From contig CP158635.1 of assembly GCA_050273025.1 (NCBI GenBank), positions 19,530,001 through 19,594,000 of the forward strand: a stretch of 64,000 nucleotides of DNA, written 5' to 3'. A program made the translations under genes and the position numbers. Below, in pieces: positions 38,294-51,011 of this stretch; the first letter of the stretch is position 1, and every line of letters starts with the position of its first letter. The stretch comes from Cenococcum geophilum. Its lineage: Eukaryota. Under the pieces are notes generated by a model that saw only the letters and a program-made list of their open reading frames with translations, did no database searches and was not told the DNA's origin.

Positions 38294-41200
38294 GAAGCGT
38301 AGACCGTTACTAGGTTTCTTAATAAAGATTACTAATACAGCTATAGGCGACGAGCTTACTCTAATAAATCCTTTGCTTGGGTTCTTATCTAAATACTTTT
38401 ATAGCACTTAAAGTTCGTTTTAGGACATCCTATATAGGGGTCTAAATCTAGGCTACTTTCCTTCTTTAAGTATAATCTTATAGTCGTATAATTGGTATTC
38501 CGGTAGCTTATCGGCTTCCTTTTATAAAAATACCTTTAGGCGGTTATAGTACTCTACTAGTACCTTTATAGCAGGGTCAGTATACTTCTTTAGTACTAAG
38601 GCCTTCTTAATATCAGCTATAGTAATAGCGAAGATTGTATATTTAGGTTTCTTAGTAAGTTACGCTAGCGGGGTAGCCCTAATTTTGCGGATATCTAGGG
38701 TGCTAAGCTCGCTTAGATTATCTATAGTTTCTTATTTAGGTTTAGGTTCAGTATTAGGTATAGAGTTAGTATTAGATTTAGGTTTAGGTTCTTTAAAAAT
38801 CCTTTTTATAGTAGAATACTAGTCCTTTTAGTATTTTTATATATTAAGCTTAAGCTTCTACATAGCTCGGGGCGGTATAGTGCTTAGTAATAACTTATAA
38901 AATTTAGTGAAGTTTTTAGATCCTTAGTAGGTATTAGTAGAATTCTTATATTAGTGGAATTTGGTGGAATTCTTATACTAATAGAATCTGGTAGATTCCT
39001 TGGGCGTAGAATAGACATTAGTAGAAATCTTATATCAGTAGAATCTGGTCGATTCCTCGGGTATAGGGTAGACAGTCGTAGAAATTTTAGACTAGTAGAT
39101 CTTAGTGGATTTTTTTAATTTTAGTTTTAAGTCTAAGTAGCAAGTTATAAGGCACTTCTACTTATAGCAGGAGGCGGTAAATAGAAGCTTAAGGTTGTCT
39201 TAATTAATAGTTACCTTATATAGCTTTATCTAGGGTTATTTAAGGATTATTAAGTAACCTAGGGTAGTAATAAAAAGCTTAATCAGTTCTTTATAGTTTA
39301 GGTATTAGAGTTTTAGGGCTACTACGTAGGTAATACAGCCTAAGACAGTGCGTTTACTATTAAATCTAAATACGTTAATATACTAGTTAAGGGGGGTTAG
39401 GGTAAAACTATTATCTTATATAAAGATCTTATTAATAAATCCTATGCCGCTAGCTCCTATATTAATTAGGATTTAAGTATTAGCCTATTAACTATTCTGC
39501 TAGAAGCGGCAGTTAATAGTTATACTATAGTCCTAAGAGTTAGAGTTTATAACGTTAAATATGTTTAATAAAATCCTATAGCAGAGCTGTCTTAAAGAGC
39601 GACTTAGCTCTAGGACCTTCCTTTTAGAGGTAATTAGGGCGGGGTTCTTATAGAATATTAATTAGAGCTTTGTCCTTATAAACGGTGCTTATTAAAAAAA
39701 GGGCTAGAACTAGACAAGGAGGGCCGTAATTAATAGCTTAAGGTTAGGTACAATAAATAGTTACTAACGTTAGCCATTTATAAATCGTTTTAGGGCGTAG
39801 GTAAGGGGACAAGGCAGTATTTTAAGATATAGTTCTTACTTCCGCACTTAAAGTAAAGGCCTAGCTTAATACATCTTTTTTATTTAAAGGACCCTAGTAG
39901 GGCGTACTCTAGGGTCCTAGTGTTAATATCTATAGCGTCAGGGTGCTTAGGCTAAGATAATAACTTAGTAGATATTTATAGGGTTGCTGTATTATATTAG
40001 GAAGCGAGCTTTAGTATTAGGCGTAGTATATCATTATACTATTTATTAATAACGTTTACACAGGCATTAAGGGCTCTAGGTAGGTCTACGCCTATTAGGG
40101 AGGTTTTTAGTTTAGGGCTTAGAGATTTAATAAGGCTATTAACTAGTATAGAGTCGTTCTAGCCAGTCTCTCTTATATAACGGTTAAATTCGGAGAAATA
40201 TATTAGGAAACTTTTTGTTCCTTAAGCTATATAGTTTATCTTTCTCTAAGCAGTAGCTTAGCGGTTTAGATTACTATATATAGCTTTAAGAAGTATAACT
40301 AGGCTTTATACTAAGTTTAGTTAAAGGGGTTTAATAAGGTTAGCTACCTCTCTTTCTAGTTAACTTAGGGCGTAATAGAGTTAGTTAGCTTTAGTTAGGT
40401 AACAGTTAATATTACCAGTTAGCTTATTCTTAAGCTAGCTTAGAAATAATTAGAGCTTTTACCGTTTACCAATAAATACCGGAGGGTTAGGTAGCCATTT
40501 AGATCGTTATAGTATAGTAATCGGTTTAGGGTAAACAGCTACTATAGGTTTGGGGCTTATATTCCACGTATTCATTTCTAGAGATAGTATTTAGTCTTAA
40601 GGCTCTAATATAGGCATCTTAAGTATACGGATTTCTTCTTAAAGGTCCTTAATTAATCGCTAGTGTCGTGCTTCTTATTCGGCTTATTATTAATTTAAAG
40701 TGGCTTAGTTTTATATAAGGGCGTTTATAAAAGACTTCTATATCTCTACTAGTTATTCTTAGAGTATAGATATAATACTAGCGGCCGTTATAGGGGCTTT
40801 AGGGTCGTTTTATATTTTGGGGCACGTTCGGTTGCAAATCGCCTCCATATCATAATCTGTTCAATCCGTGCGCCTTTTAGTGTCGCCCGTTTTATAATTA
40901 GTGGCGGCTACCACCGTGGCTCATTTGAATCTGTAATTAAGTCGATTATTCGGTTGCAGCTCCAGAATGAGGCTCCATATTTAACTTCGTAATTAACGCC
41001 GGTGAGAAATTCGAATGAGCCCCTCTCTGCCACCAGGCCTCTATCGCGACTCCCTACTTTAGTGTAGCAATAGAGCCTCCTCCTCGGCCAACACCCTCTC
41101 TACGATTAACGTTTCCTACGTCTTTGCCCGCCTCCCGTAGGAGCTGTAGAGCTACAATAATGCCCGCAACGCCTTAAAAACAAGCTTATCGTAATCACGA

Positions 41201-41968
41201 AGGTTAGAATAATAATATTATATAAGGCATGTAAATGCGACAGCAGTATCGCGATTGGGGTGTTTGGAGTCGTCATATTATAAGAAGTTGTTACTTTAGC
41301 GCGTATGCGAGGGTTCTAGATTGATATGGAATATGGAACTGGAGCTCGAAGGTCCATATTGAAACGGTGCCAAGAACCTCATTACAACTACTGTATATAG
41401 TATAGCTTGCAAATTTGACGCGCTTACCGATATGGAGGAGCTCCATATTCAAAAGTCGTCAGATTTACCGAACAACACCCTCATATTCATATTTGAGCTC
41501 CATTTCCGTTACAATATGGAGCCTCCATATTGAATATGGAGCTGCAACCGAACATGCCCTTGGTTATATATAAAGTTAACATAATATAGTATTACGGAGT
41601 AAGTATAAGCGGCGGTAATATATAGTAAAGTAGATATTATTAAGCTATATATATAAACTATATAAGAAGTTAAGACGTTATATAAGGAAAGAAGGTAGGA
41701 AAATAGGAAGAAAGGGTATATATTATGGACTTAGTTGCTTAGTTAATATATATATAGGGCAGAATAGGATTTAGGTAGTAGTCCTGGCAGAACTTAACAG
41801 AATTTAGTAGAACTTAGTAGAACTTAGTAGAATATAGCAAAATATAACAGGTTGCTGTCAGATTGCCGCAGATTGCTATTAAATTGCTATCTTATGGTTA
41901 GTCTTTAGTTACTAAGTCGGTGGAAATAGGTAGACGTATATAAGGTGTCACGGAGAGGTTCTATAACA
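38294..41968 (-). mobile_element. Gypsy family H: RT start, protease, gag, 5' LTR (41590-41968). Contains the MITE
   Basis: [16 protein letters not shown]...KKP..GLRF ends exactly at the B3 LTR. Protease ILIDTGASG near 39460. Gag knuckle near 39850. LTR tattacgg...ctataaca. Confidence 0.85.
40820..41559. mobile_element. Non-autonomous TIR element (MITE), PIF/Harbinger (Tourist)-like, 740 bp, almost RIP-free
   Basis: 17-bp TIRs gggcacgttcggttgca and tgcaaccgaacatgccc (16/17 match). 3-bp TSD TTG (40817-40819, 41560-41562). Confidence 0.88.
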
Positions 41969-44900
41969 ATATCCTTATATTACCATTTCCCTATTTAAAT
42001 CGCTTTTATTATATCTACTATCTAGGGGTTATTTTTATATTTGTGCTTTATTAATTTATTAATTTCTATATCCTACTTATTAATTTCCAATTTATTTTTA
42101 TTAAGCTCCTTATTTAAAAATATAGGGCGTAGTTTCTTAAAGCGTTTAGGGGGCAGTAAAATTTATAATTAATTTATAATCCGTTTATTAGAGGCGTTTA
42201 TAGGTAAGTCCTATAATTATTATATTAATAAGTTAGGCTTCTAATTAAGTTTGCTAGGTTAGTATATAATCTTAAAGTTAAATTATAAGAGATATTTAGC
42301 CTAATAAATTTGGCGTTATATTAATTACTTTATATTTATAAAGTACTATAGGTTTTTATAGTCCGTTAATATGCATATTAGGAATAATAATCCTTTAAGT
42401 TTTAAACGCTATTGTTTAAAGTATCTAATAATTATAAGTAGTTCCTTATTATATATCTTATAGTTTAATTTAGTAGGGGTAAGTTTTTAGGAGAGAAAGG
42501 CTACTGGGCGCAGCTCGCCGTTCTTATTATATTGCGATAATACTCCTCCTAATATATAATTAGATAAGTCTATTTTAATAATATATTTAAGGTCCAGATT
42601 AAAGTAGGTAAAAATAAAAGTTATTATAAAGTAATATTTAGGTTATTAAAAGCTTATTTATATTTAGTAGTCCATATAAATCTTTTTTTTTATTAAGTTT
42701 ACTAATAGCTAAACAATTTTTAAAAAGTAATTAATAAATTAACGGTAAAAATTTACAAATTTTAGAAATCCTTAGATGTTTTATATACTACTAGGACTTT
42801 CCTAGTTTATAATTATAGTGATTTTCTTAGGGCTTATTTTAATTCTATTGTAGGATATAATTAGGCCTAAGTATATAACTTTAAACGCGTAGAACTTATA
42901 TTTCTTAATATTGTATTATCAACCCGCGTCTTATAGGCGTTTAAGGACTATTTAAATATACTTTTAATACTTAAAAAGCAAAGATAAATAGATTAAAATA
43001 TTGTTAATATACGCGGTAATAAATATATTAAAGAATTTGTAAAGTATATTATTAATATATTACTAAAACGTATTAGGACTGTTCTTTATATTAAATAGTA
43101 TTACTAGGTATTTAAAAAGTCCCTATTATGTATAGAAAGCTATATACTACTTATCTCCTTTATAAACACAGATTTAATTAAAGGTAGTAACTACGTTAAG
43201 CTTTATAAAGTATTATACTTTTGCTAAGTAGTTAAGTATTTCTTAAAGTAGAGGAATTGAATATTAGTTTTAAATCATAATTATATTTAGGGCTTAATAA
43301 TTAATACAGAACCTTAAGCCTCTCTTAGGTTTTTTAATAAATAGTATAAATAAGGTAAATAGTAATTAACTAAGGCGAATAAATTCTTTCCTTAGGTGCT
43401 CTTTAAAGTATTATTATATTATAAGCAGCTCTTCTCGCGATATACTATATAACGGGCCAAACTTTAGCGTTATACTAGGTTTAAGTTTTATTTTAAAATT
43501 ATACTTATCTTAATATAGGGGTAGTTAGTCTATAAATCGTTTCTTAAATATATTAATTAGATTATAATATTCTTTAGGTATAAGGAGTTAGGGGTTAATA
43601 TATTACTTTAGTTCTAACGCCTTTTTAATATCTTTTAGTATTATAATAAAGATCTTACAGTCTCGTTTTCTTACTAATAAATAAAAGGGTGCGGCTTATA
43701 TTATACGAATTTTAAGGGGTTTTAATATATTATTTTCGCATTCTTTACCGCAATTAGCAGTTATAACTTTATTATATTAGTTTAAGATTTATAGTAAGGG
43801 CAATTTATATTATATTAAATTTAAATAGTTATATATATATTTATAGGGTAGGTAGTATTTTAAATAATAGCTTTAGCAGTAGGTTATATAGAACTTAAGT
43901 ATTTCTTTAACCTAGCTAATTAAAGGGTTATATTGTTTTAGCTATCCGTATCTAAGTATTACTTTATAATACTTTAGGGGTATTATAAATAGGGAAACGT
44001 ATTTAAGGTATTTGCCTATTTACAATTTTATAAGAGTATAGTATATTAGTTCGCTATATAGTAAGAGTTTACTATTAAAGACTTATAGGCCTTAGGGCTT
44101 ATTAAGTTTCTTTAAATTTAGGCGTTAGGTTTTTACGTAGTTTATATTAATAAAGCCTATACTAGCAGCTCTGCTATCTATTAGGATTTATACCTCCTTT
44201 TATTTTTTAAGTATTTAAATTTCGCTAAGTATATTAAGGGAGTTATATTATATATTAGCACTAAAAGAGCCTAGATACTTATACTCTTCTACTTTCTATC
44301 CTAAGGCGCAACTTAGCCTTAGGATAATTTGTTTTCTAAGTTAATTAAAGGTAAAATACTTTATAGTAATTAAGTATAATTTATAGAATAAGTATAATTT
44401 AAGGACTAAGAGGAACTATAGCAGACCTTTTTAAAGGGGTAAGTTCGGTAATTCCTTTAAATATATCCCTTTTTACTATATTTAAAGCATTCTCTATTTA
44501 TAGCTTGTATTCTTTATTTATTAGTTTTTAAGGGTATATAAAATTAAGTGGCGTTAAGGTCTATAGGGTTGTATATAAGGCTTTTAGGTTTTAGAGATAG
44601 GTTGCGCTTTAGGGTATATACTAGTTTCGTAAAGCTTTAAACGCGAGGTGTAGTTAGCTTTAGAGAACGAGTCTATTTATTATATTAAAGGTTCTTATTA
44701 ATTCGTTAATATATTATAGTAAATTTAGGCAGGTTTTTTAGTAGTTCTTTATCTACTAACTAGGCTCTAATCTTATCTAAAATAGCTTATTAAAGAGCAG
44801 TAACTCTAGCGGCTTTATTTTAATCTAGCTCGCTAATAAGACCTAAATTTTTTTAAAAGAAGCTAGTAAAGTTTTAGTTTTATTATTATAGATTCTTAAG

Positions 44901-45235
44901 TTTTATAATAGCTATATATTCGTAGCTAGCGTTATTATACATTTATTTTAGCAGAGAGATAAAGATTTTAAAATTAATAAAGGTGCCGTTATAGAAGAAT
45001 AGGTCTATAGTTTATATAGCGTCTTTACTTAAATAAGATATTCTATAGCTAATTTTACTAGCTTTAGTAGGGTATTGGTTATAGTTTATTAAAAGTTTAA
45101 GGCGGAGCTTAGTTACAAAGGGTTATAGGTTATTTTAATTTCTATTAAACATTAGAGGGTTAAGAAGCTTTTTAGATTTTATAATAGGTATTAGACTTAT
45201 TATAGATATAGGTTAAGCTACTATTACTAATTTAA

Positions 45236-48200
45236 TAATAATAATAATAATTCATTGCTTAACGTCCGATTCGGATCCCTATTGGGCCCACGCGGACTAC
45301 TCCTTATGTACATATAGGGAGAAAACTCCATTTGAGAAAACCCCGTAATCCATCTCCCCGCCTTTTAGGACTCGCCTATAAGGCGCCTACGAGGCGCCTG
45401 CGAGTTACCTATAGTGCTCCTACTACCTTGCTTTTTGACCTCCTTAGAAACTACTACTGCCGTAATAAGCCTACGGACGTGCTAGTATCGCAAACTTTAC
45501 TCTACTACTATAGAGTCATTAGGGGGCGCCCGTTACTCACCCCTCTACCCTCTATTACTATTTCCCTTATAACCCAGAACTAGTTTAGTATATTTTAGCT
45601 AATAAGCTACTAGGTAACCGCCTTAAGGCCTTTTTATATTAAGAGTAGTATATTATAGTTCTCTATGCTAGCTACTAAAAGTATTACTTCTTAGTTAGTG
45701 CGTAAAGGGCATAATAATATTACATATTTTAGTGTCTGTTTTAGCCAGCCATATTTATATCTTAGGCTACCTACTAGAACACCTACTCGGTAGAGCTAGT
45801 CTTTTAGTCCTATTATTTCTATTCTTAAGAGTGTCGCTATTATATTTTTTACCTTTATTAGGCCTTCTTAGAGCCCTAGAGTGTTTACCCCCTATAGCGT
45901 TAACTATACTACAGCTTAGGTTCCTCTTGCTTTAGTTAGCCTCTATACCTTTAACTCCTATACACCTCTCTAGCGTTAGTCTAACTAGTATTATATTACA
46001 GTAGATAGTTTCCTAGCGTTCTTTTATGCTCTATTTTAGCTCCTTTCTCTCTCTTACTATTGTCTTTACTAGTCTCTTATACGTCTCCCTTCCTCCTCTA
46101 TATAGGCCTAGGCCCTAAAGTAGCACTATTCTTCTTCTGCTTTCTTTACCTGTTTCTCTAATATATCTTCCCTACTTTAGGGTTGTTAGTTTATTCTCCT
46201 ATAGGGCGCCCTAGGGTCCCTCTATAGTTTATTTAGGCGTGTCTTAATATACTTTATAACATTAAAGTTATATTTATTTTAGGCCCTTTATATTGCAGCG
46301 GCTTTAATATATAGTTATAGGGGGGGAATATTGGCTTCCTTTTTAAGCAGTACTGTGGCCGTTCGCTTATATCCACCTATTATACTCTAAAGGCAGGCTA
46401 TTTAGACCTTTTAGAGTGGTTTAAGGAGTAACTTAGGGGGGCCTTTCTTAGATTCTCTAATGGCCTAAATACTAGACCTATACGTTATGGTTAGCCGGAC
46501 AACTGCTATATATAGTAGGCGTAACCTCTAAAAGCATGGGCCCCATATAGAATTAACGATCCTAGATAATGCGATGTACTATGCTTAGCCCTTATAGGCC
46601 GCTTACGCCGTATATACGCTCCACTAAAGCTTACTGTCTACCTATACTCCTAATACCCTTAGGCCCTAAACTAGTTAACCCCTAAAGCCTTAGATATGGA
46701 TTATATACTAAAGATCTATAGATTAGTTACGTTTTCTTATAAAATAGATTAGCTGGTATTTCTCTGGTAAAAATTAGACTTTATGTCGTCTTGCCTATTC
46801 TATATAGGTATTATAAGCTTTCTCTAGCATTCTGCAATTCTTTGCGGCTAATAGCCCGTATATAATTAGGTTTGTGTTATTAACGAAGCCTATCCCCTAG
46901 GTCGCCCCTTCCTTAAAGAAGTTAAGTAGGTTGCTTATAAAGAAAAGGAAGAGTATAGGCGAGAGGGGTAATCCTTATAGTATTCCTGTTATAACTGTAA
47001 TAGGGGGGCTCTAGTATCCGCTAAAGACTAGTAATATTTCTTTCTAACCTATAAACCCTTAGACAAATTATATAATCTATTCTAGAAAGCCTTTTACCCT
47101 AAGGATATATAGGAGACGCTCGTAGGGTACGTTATTGTAGGCGCTACTAATATCTAGGCTAAGCATTAATACTATAAAGTCCCTTCGCATCGCCCATATA
47201 GATTTAATGGTAGCAGTAAGTAGCGTAAGTACTAATAGTGTTAAGCGGTTCTTTCTTGCCTCTATTTGGCTCTATAGTAGTAGGGTATATTCCTTAGCCG
47301 TATCTACTATATAGTCTGCTATTACCTTTTCTAAGATCTTACTAAGGGTATTTTCTAAGGCAATAGGGCGGTAGCTTCCTAGGATTAAGTAATCTACTTT
47401 ACCTTCTTTTTATAGGATAACCATCATTATAGATCTTCTAAGACGTGGGTAGTAGCCTATAGCAAAGTATACTTTAGCTATATCTATAAGCCAGGGTGCT
47501 ATAAGTGGTCTATAGGTCTTTAAGGCCTTATTTAGAATCCTATCTGGACCTAGTACTATATTATTTAAAAGGCGGCTAATAGTTCTAGCTATTTCCTCTA
47601 TTGTTATATTGCTATTAACCCATAGGCAGGTTACCGGTGCTTTACCTGTGATATTACTAAGGTCTACTAGGGCTAGTTAGGGGAAGAACCTCTCTATAAG
47701 GATCTTTACCTTCTTATTATTATTATTAGTGGCCTATAATTCCCCTACTCTTTATAGGGGTAGTAGGTATAAGTCTTCTGCTAATCGCCCTACCTTTTTC
47801 TTTACCTATTTTACTATAGCCTATAGGCCCTTATTATAGGGGAGGCTTAGGTTAAAAGTATGCTTATTTATAAATTATCTCTAGTTGTTTCTTACTTCTT
47901 TTTTTAGGGTATTCTTTAACTGGTTTCTTGTATCTTTATATTATCTCTTATCTTTAAAGTTATAGCTACTTAAGTATTTCCTTTTTACTTGTTGTTAGCT
48001 AGCTATAAGAACCGCGTATTATACGGACTATATGTATTACGTATAGGGGCCCGGTCTTAAGACCGGGCAGTACTCTTCTAGCCTATTTTTAATTGCTGCC
48101 TAGATCCTTTTTAGTCTTTAGTTAATTTCCTTAGGGGTGGCTAATAAGCCTTGCTTATTTAGTATCGGGTGGATTTCTTCTAGGTCTTAGAGTTATTATT

Positions 48201-50791
48201 CTACTATATTAAAGAAACTATTTACCTTAAGCATCCTTATTACGTATCTTTTACTATTTAGTTACGCCTTAATATTTAAATCTAGCTATATCTAGATGGG
48301 GATATAGTCTAAAGTAAGTGCCTATTCTTTTTTAGGGTTGCACTTTTTAAGTCTCTAGTATAGGCCTTCGTCTATAAATATAAGGTCAATTATACTTTTG
48401 GCGAGTCCTTATTACCATATAATTACTCTAGGGAGGGTGGCTAGCTTAAGGCCCTAGGTGTCTATAGCTTTTAGTAGGCACTCTACCTATCGTTTAGCAG
48501 CGACGTAGATACCCCCCTACCGTAGGTAGTAGAGGTTTATATCTCCTAATAGGATAGACTCTATGCCTTTAGTTTTAAGTAGGCTTATTACTAATATAAT
48601 ATTCTCTATTTATAGGACCCCTTTAACCCTAAGGTTATACATATTAATAATTTATATAGGTCCTCTATATATCTAGATTATTATAACTATAATATCTAGA
48701 TTAACTGCCTATTATAACTATAAGGATAGGCTAATAGTCTTACTAATTATAAAGCATATGTGTATAGCTGCTTTTGGTTTATATAGGAGCTAGAATCCTT
48801 AGGGGCAGTATATTAATTATATGTAGGTATTATAGTACGGCTCTTATATAGTAAGGATATAGTGTTTCTCTAGGTCTAGACTATCTAGTAAGGGCCTTAC
48901 AAGACGGTGGTTTGTGTTACTATAGTTATACTATATAATAGATAGGTGGCGGACCCCCAGCGAGGGTCCTTCGCCTCTTTATTGTTCCTTACTTCTTCTA
49001 TTTCTACTTTCTCTAGGATATTTAAAACTTCTATCTCTTATATCTGCACCCTAGTTACTACTTATTTTATATAGAGCTTTCCATTTCCGTATCTTATATT
49101 CCTACTAGCGCTTCTATATTTAAATCTATTATTATCTCTAGTTCTTCCCCTATTCTTACTAGTTAGTTATATACCCTTTAAGAGTTAGCTATAAATATTA
49201 TATTTACCGCGTTAAGTCTAATTCTTAATTTTCCCGGTCTTAAGCTTACTATAGCTGTCTATAAGGGTCTTCCTATAGGGCGTCCTCTTCCTTGTATCCC
49301 CTGTGACCCTTATATCCCTATACGGTCTAGTAATATTACACGGCGTCGCTTCTAGCCCGTTAAGGCTTGGGATAGCTGGCCTAGCCCCCTAGTATTAAAG
49401 GTAGGAAACGCTAGAAAGGCACCTACGCCCCCCTAGCTTATCGCCTATTATTTCCATTTATATAACCTAGCGTATAGTTATTCCCGCAGCTGTTAAGCCC
49501 TTACCTTCCGTCTCCTGTATTTAATGCAGTCTTCTCTTTCCTACGCCTTATATATACTTTAGTAGCAGTTTACGCATTTTATTTAGTCTTAATTTAAGCA
49601 GTGTCTTATATCGTAGGGGCCTATATAGTGGCCGCAGCATACCTATACTACGTATATAGATTAGGTGTGCCCCCATTATATATAGCAGTAATATTATTTT
49701 AGGTAGAGTCTGTGGTTATAGAGCCTTGCGTCGTATATAAGGCTATTTATAATAATACCTTTTTAAATAAGGAGTTTTTGCATTTCTAGTATATATATAC
49801 TAATAATAAGGGAGCTATATGTTTAACTAGTGTTTCCCTAGCAAGTCTCTGGCGACCCTTATATTCTTTTATTATTTTTATTATATACTTAGTTTACATT
49901 TTCCTATTAAAGCTATTAGATTTGGGTAATCTTAAGTCCTAGTATAAGGCATTCCGTTTGTTTTACTATCTTATATATAATTACTATATTATCCACCTAG
50001 CGTCCCTTTTCTACCCTAAGGCTTAGGGGAACCGCTAGAACTTTAACTAGGTAATCTTCACGGAGCACTTTTATGCCAATACGTTCTCCTAGCCTGTCCC
50101 CTACCCTAACGGCTTATTCCTTTGCTTATTAGTCCCTTAGGGTAACTCTAATATCTCCGCTCCTAAGGTGTTGGATTATAATAGCGTTATAGACCTTTTT
50201 ACGAATCTTTGTAAGAACTTCTGTTTCTAATTATCCCCTAAGCCCCTTTGCTTTTTCTATATTTAGTTATATTATAATTATATACCCGGATGTTATCTTT
50301 AGGGAGGTAGGTTCCCTATACTATAAACGCATAGCTACGGCGGCCTAGGTACGGTTCGCCGGTAAGAAGGGGTTTTGTTTATTTTTAATTTTACTTAGCT
50401 GTTAGAGGATTTAATTAAGGGTTTACTAAAGGGGCGCCTAAGGTTTGCTAGACTAGCGGAGCTATTCTACTAGCTGCATTAGTTTATTATAGCTAATGGT
50501 TACTCCCCCGTAACTGCGGATACTAAATACGTCTAATAGGCTTTATATTTTATCCGATGCCTTCTTAATAAAGGTCTTTCCACTTTATAGTATGGTATTC
50601 GCCCGTTCTTATTATAGAGGGCTATTACTAGGCGTGGTTTTAGTAGACGCGCGCGAGTATAAACCACCGTCGTTTAATATATGCCTCCCCTACGATATAT
50701 ATATCTTAGGGGATTCTCTAGGTGTTTTTCAGGGTTCTTTTAGTTGGTTTTAGTCTTTTTAGGCCAGGTGCAGCAAGAGCTCTAGATAGGT
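45236..50791 (-). mobile_element. Full-length Tad1-like LINE family A, copy A2
   Basis: TSD tactattactaatttaa (45219-45235, 50792-50808). (TTA)n tail. Confidence 0.95.
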
Positions 50792-51011
50792 TACTATTAC
50801 TAATTTAAAATTTATATTTAATAGGTTAGGCTTAGGTATAGTTATTTTAATCTTATCTATAGAGGGTATTAGTACTAGGGTTTCTAATGTAAGTACTTTG
50901 GCATTATAGAGTTCTTTATATATTACTTTAATTAATTACTAATGCTAAGCTTCTAGTATAGCTTATTACTAGGCTAAGGCATTTATAAAGGACTATTATA
51001 TTATAGTTATT

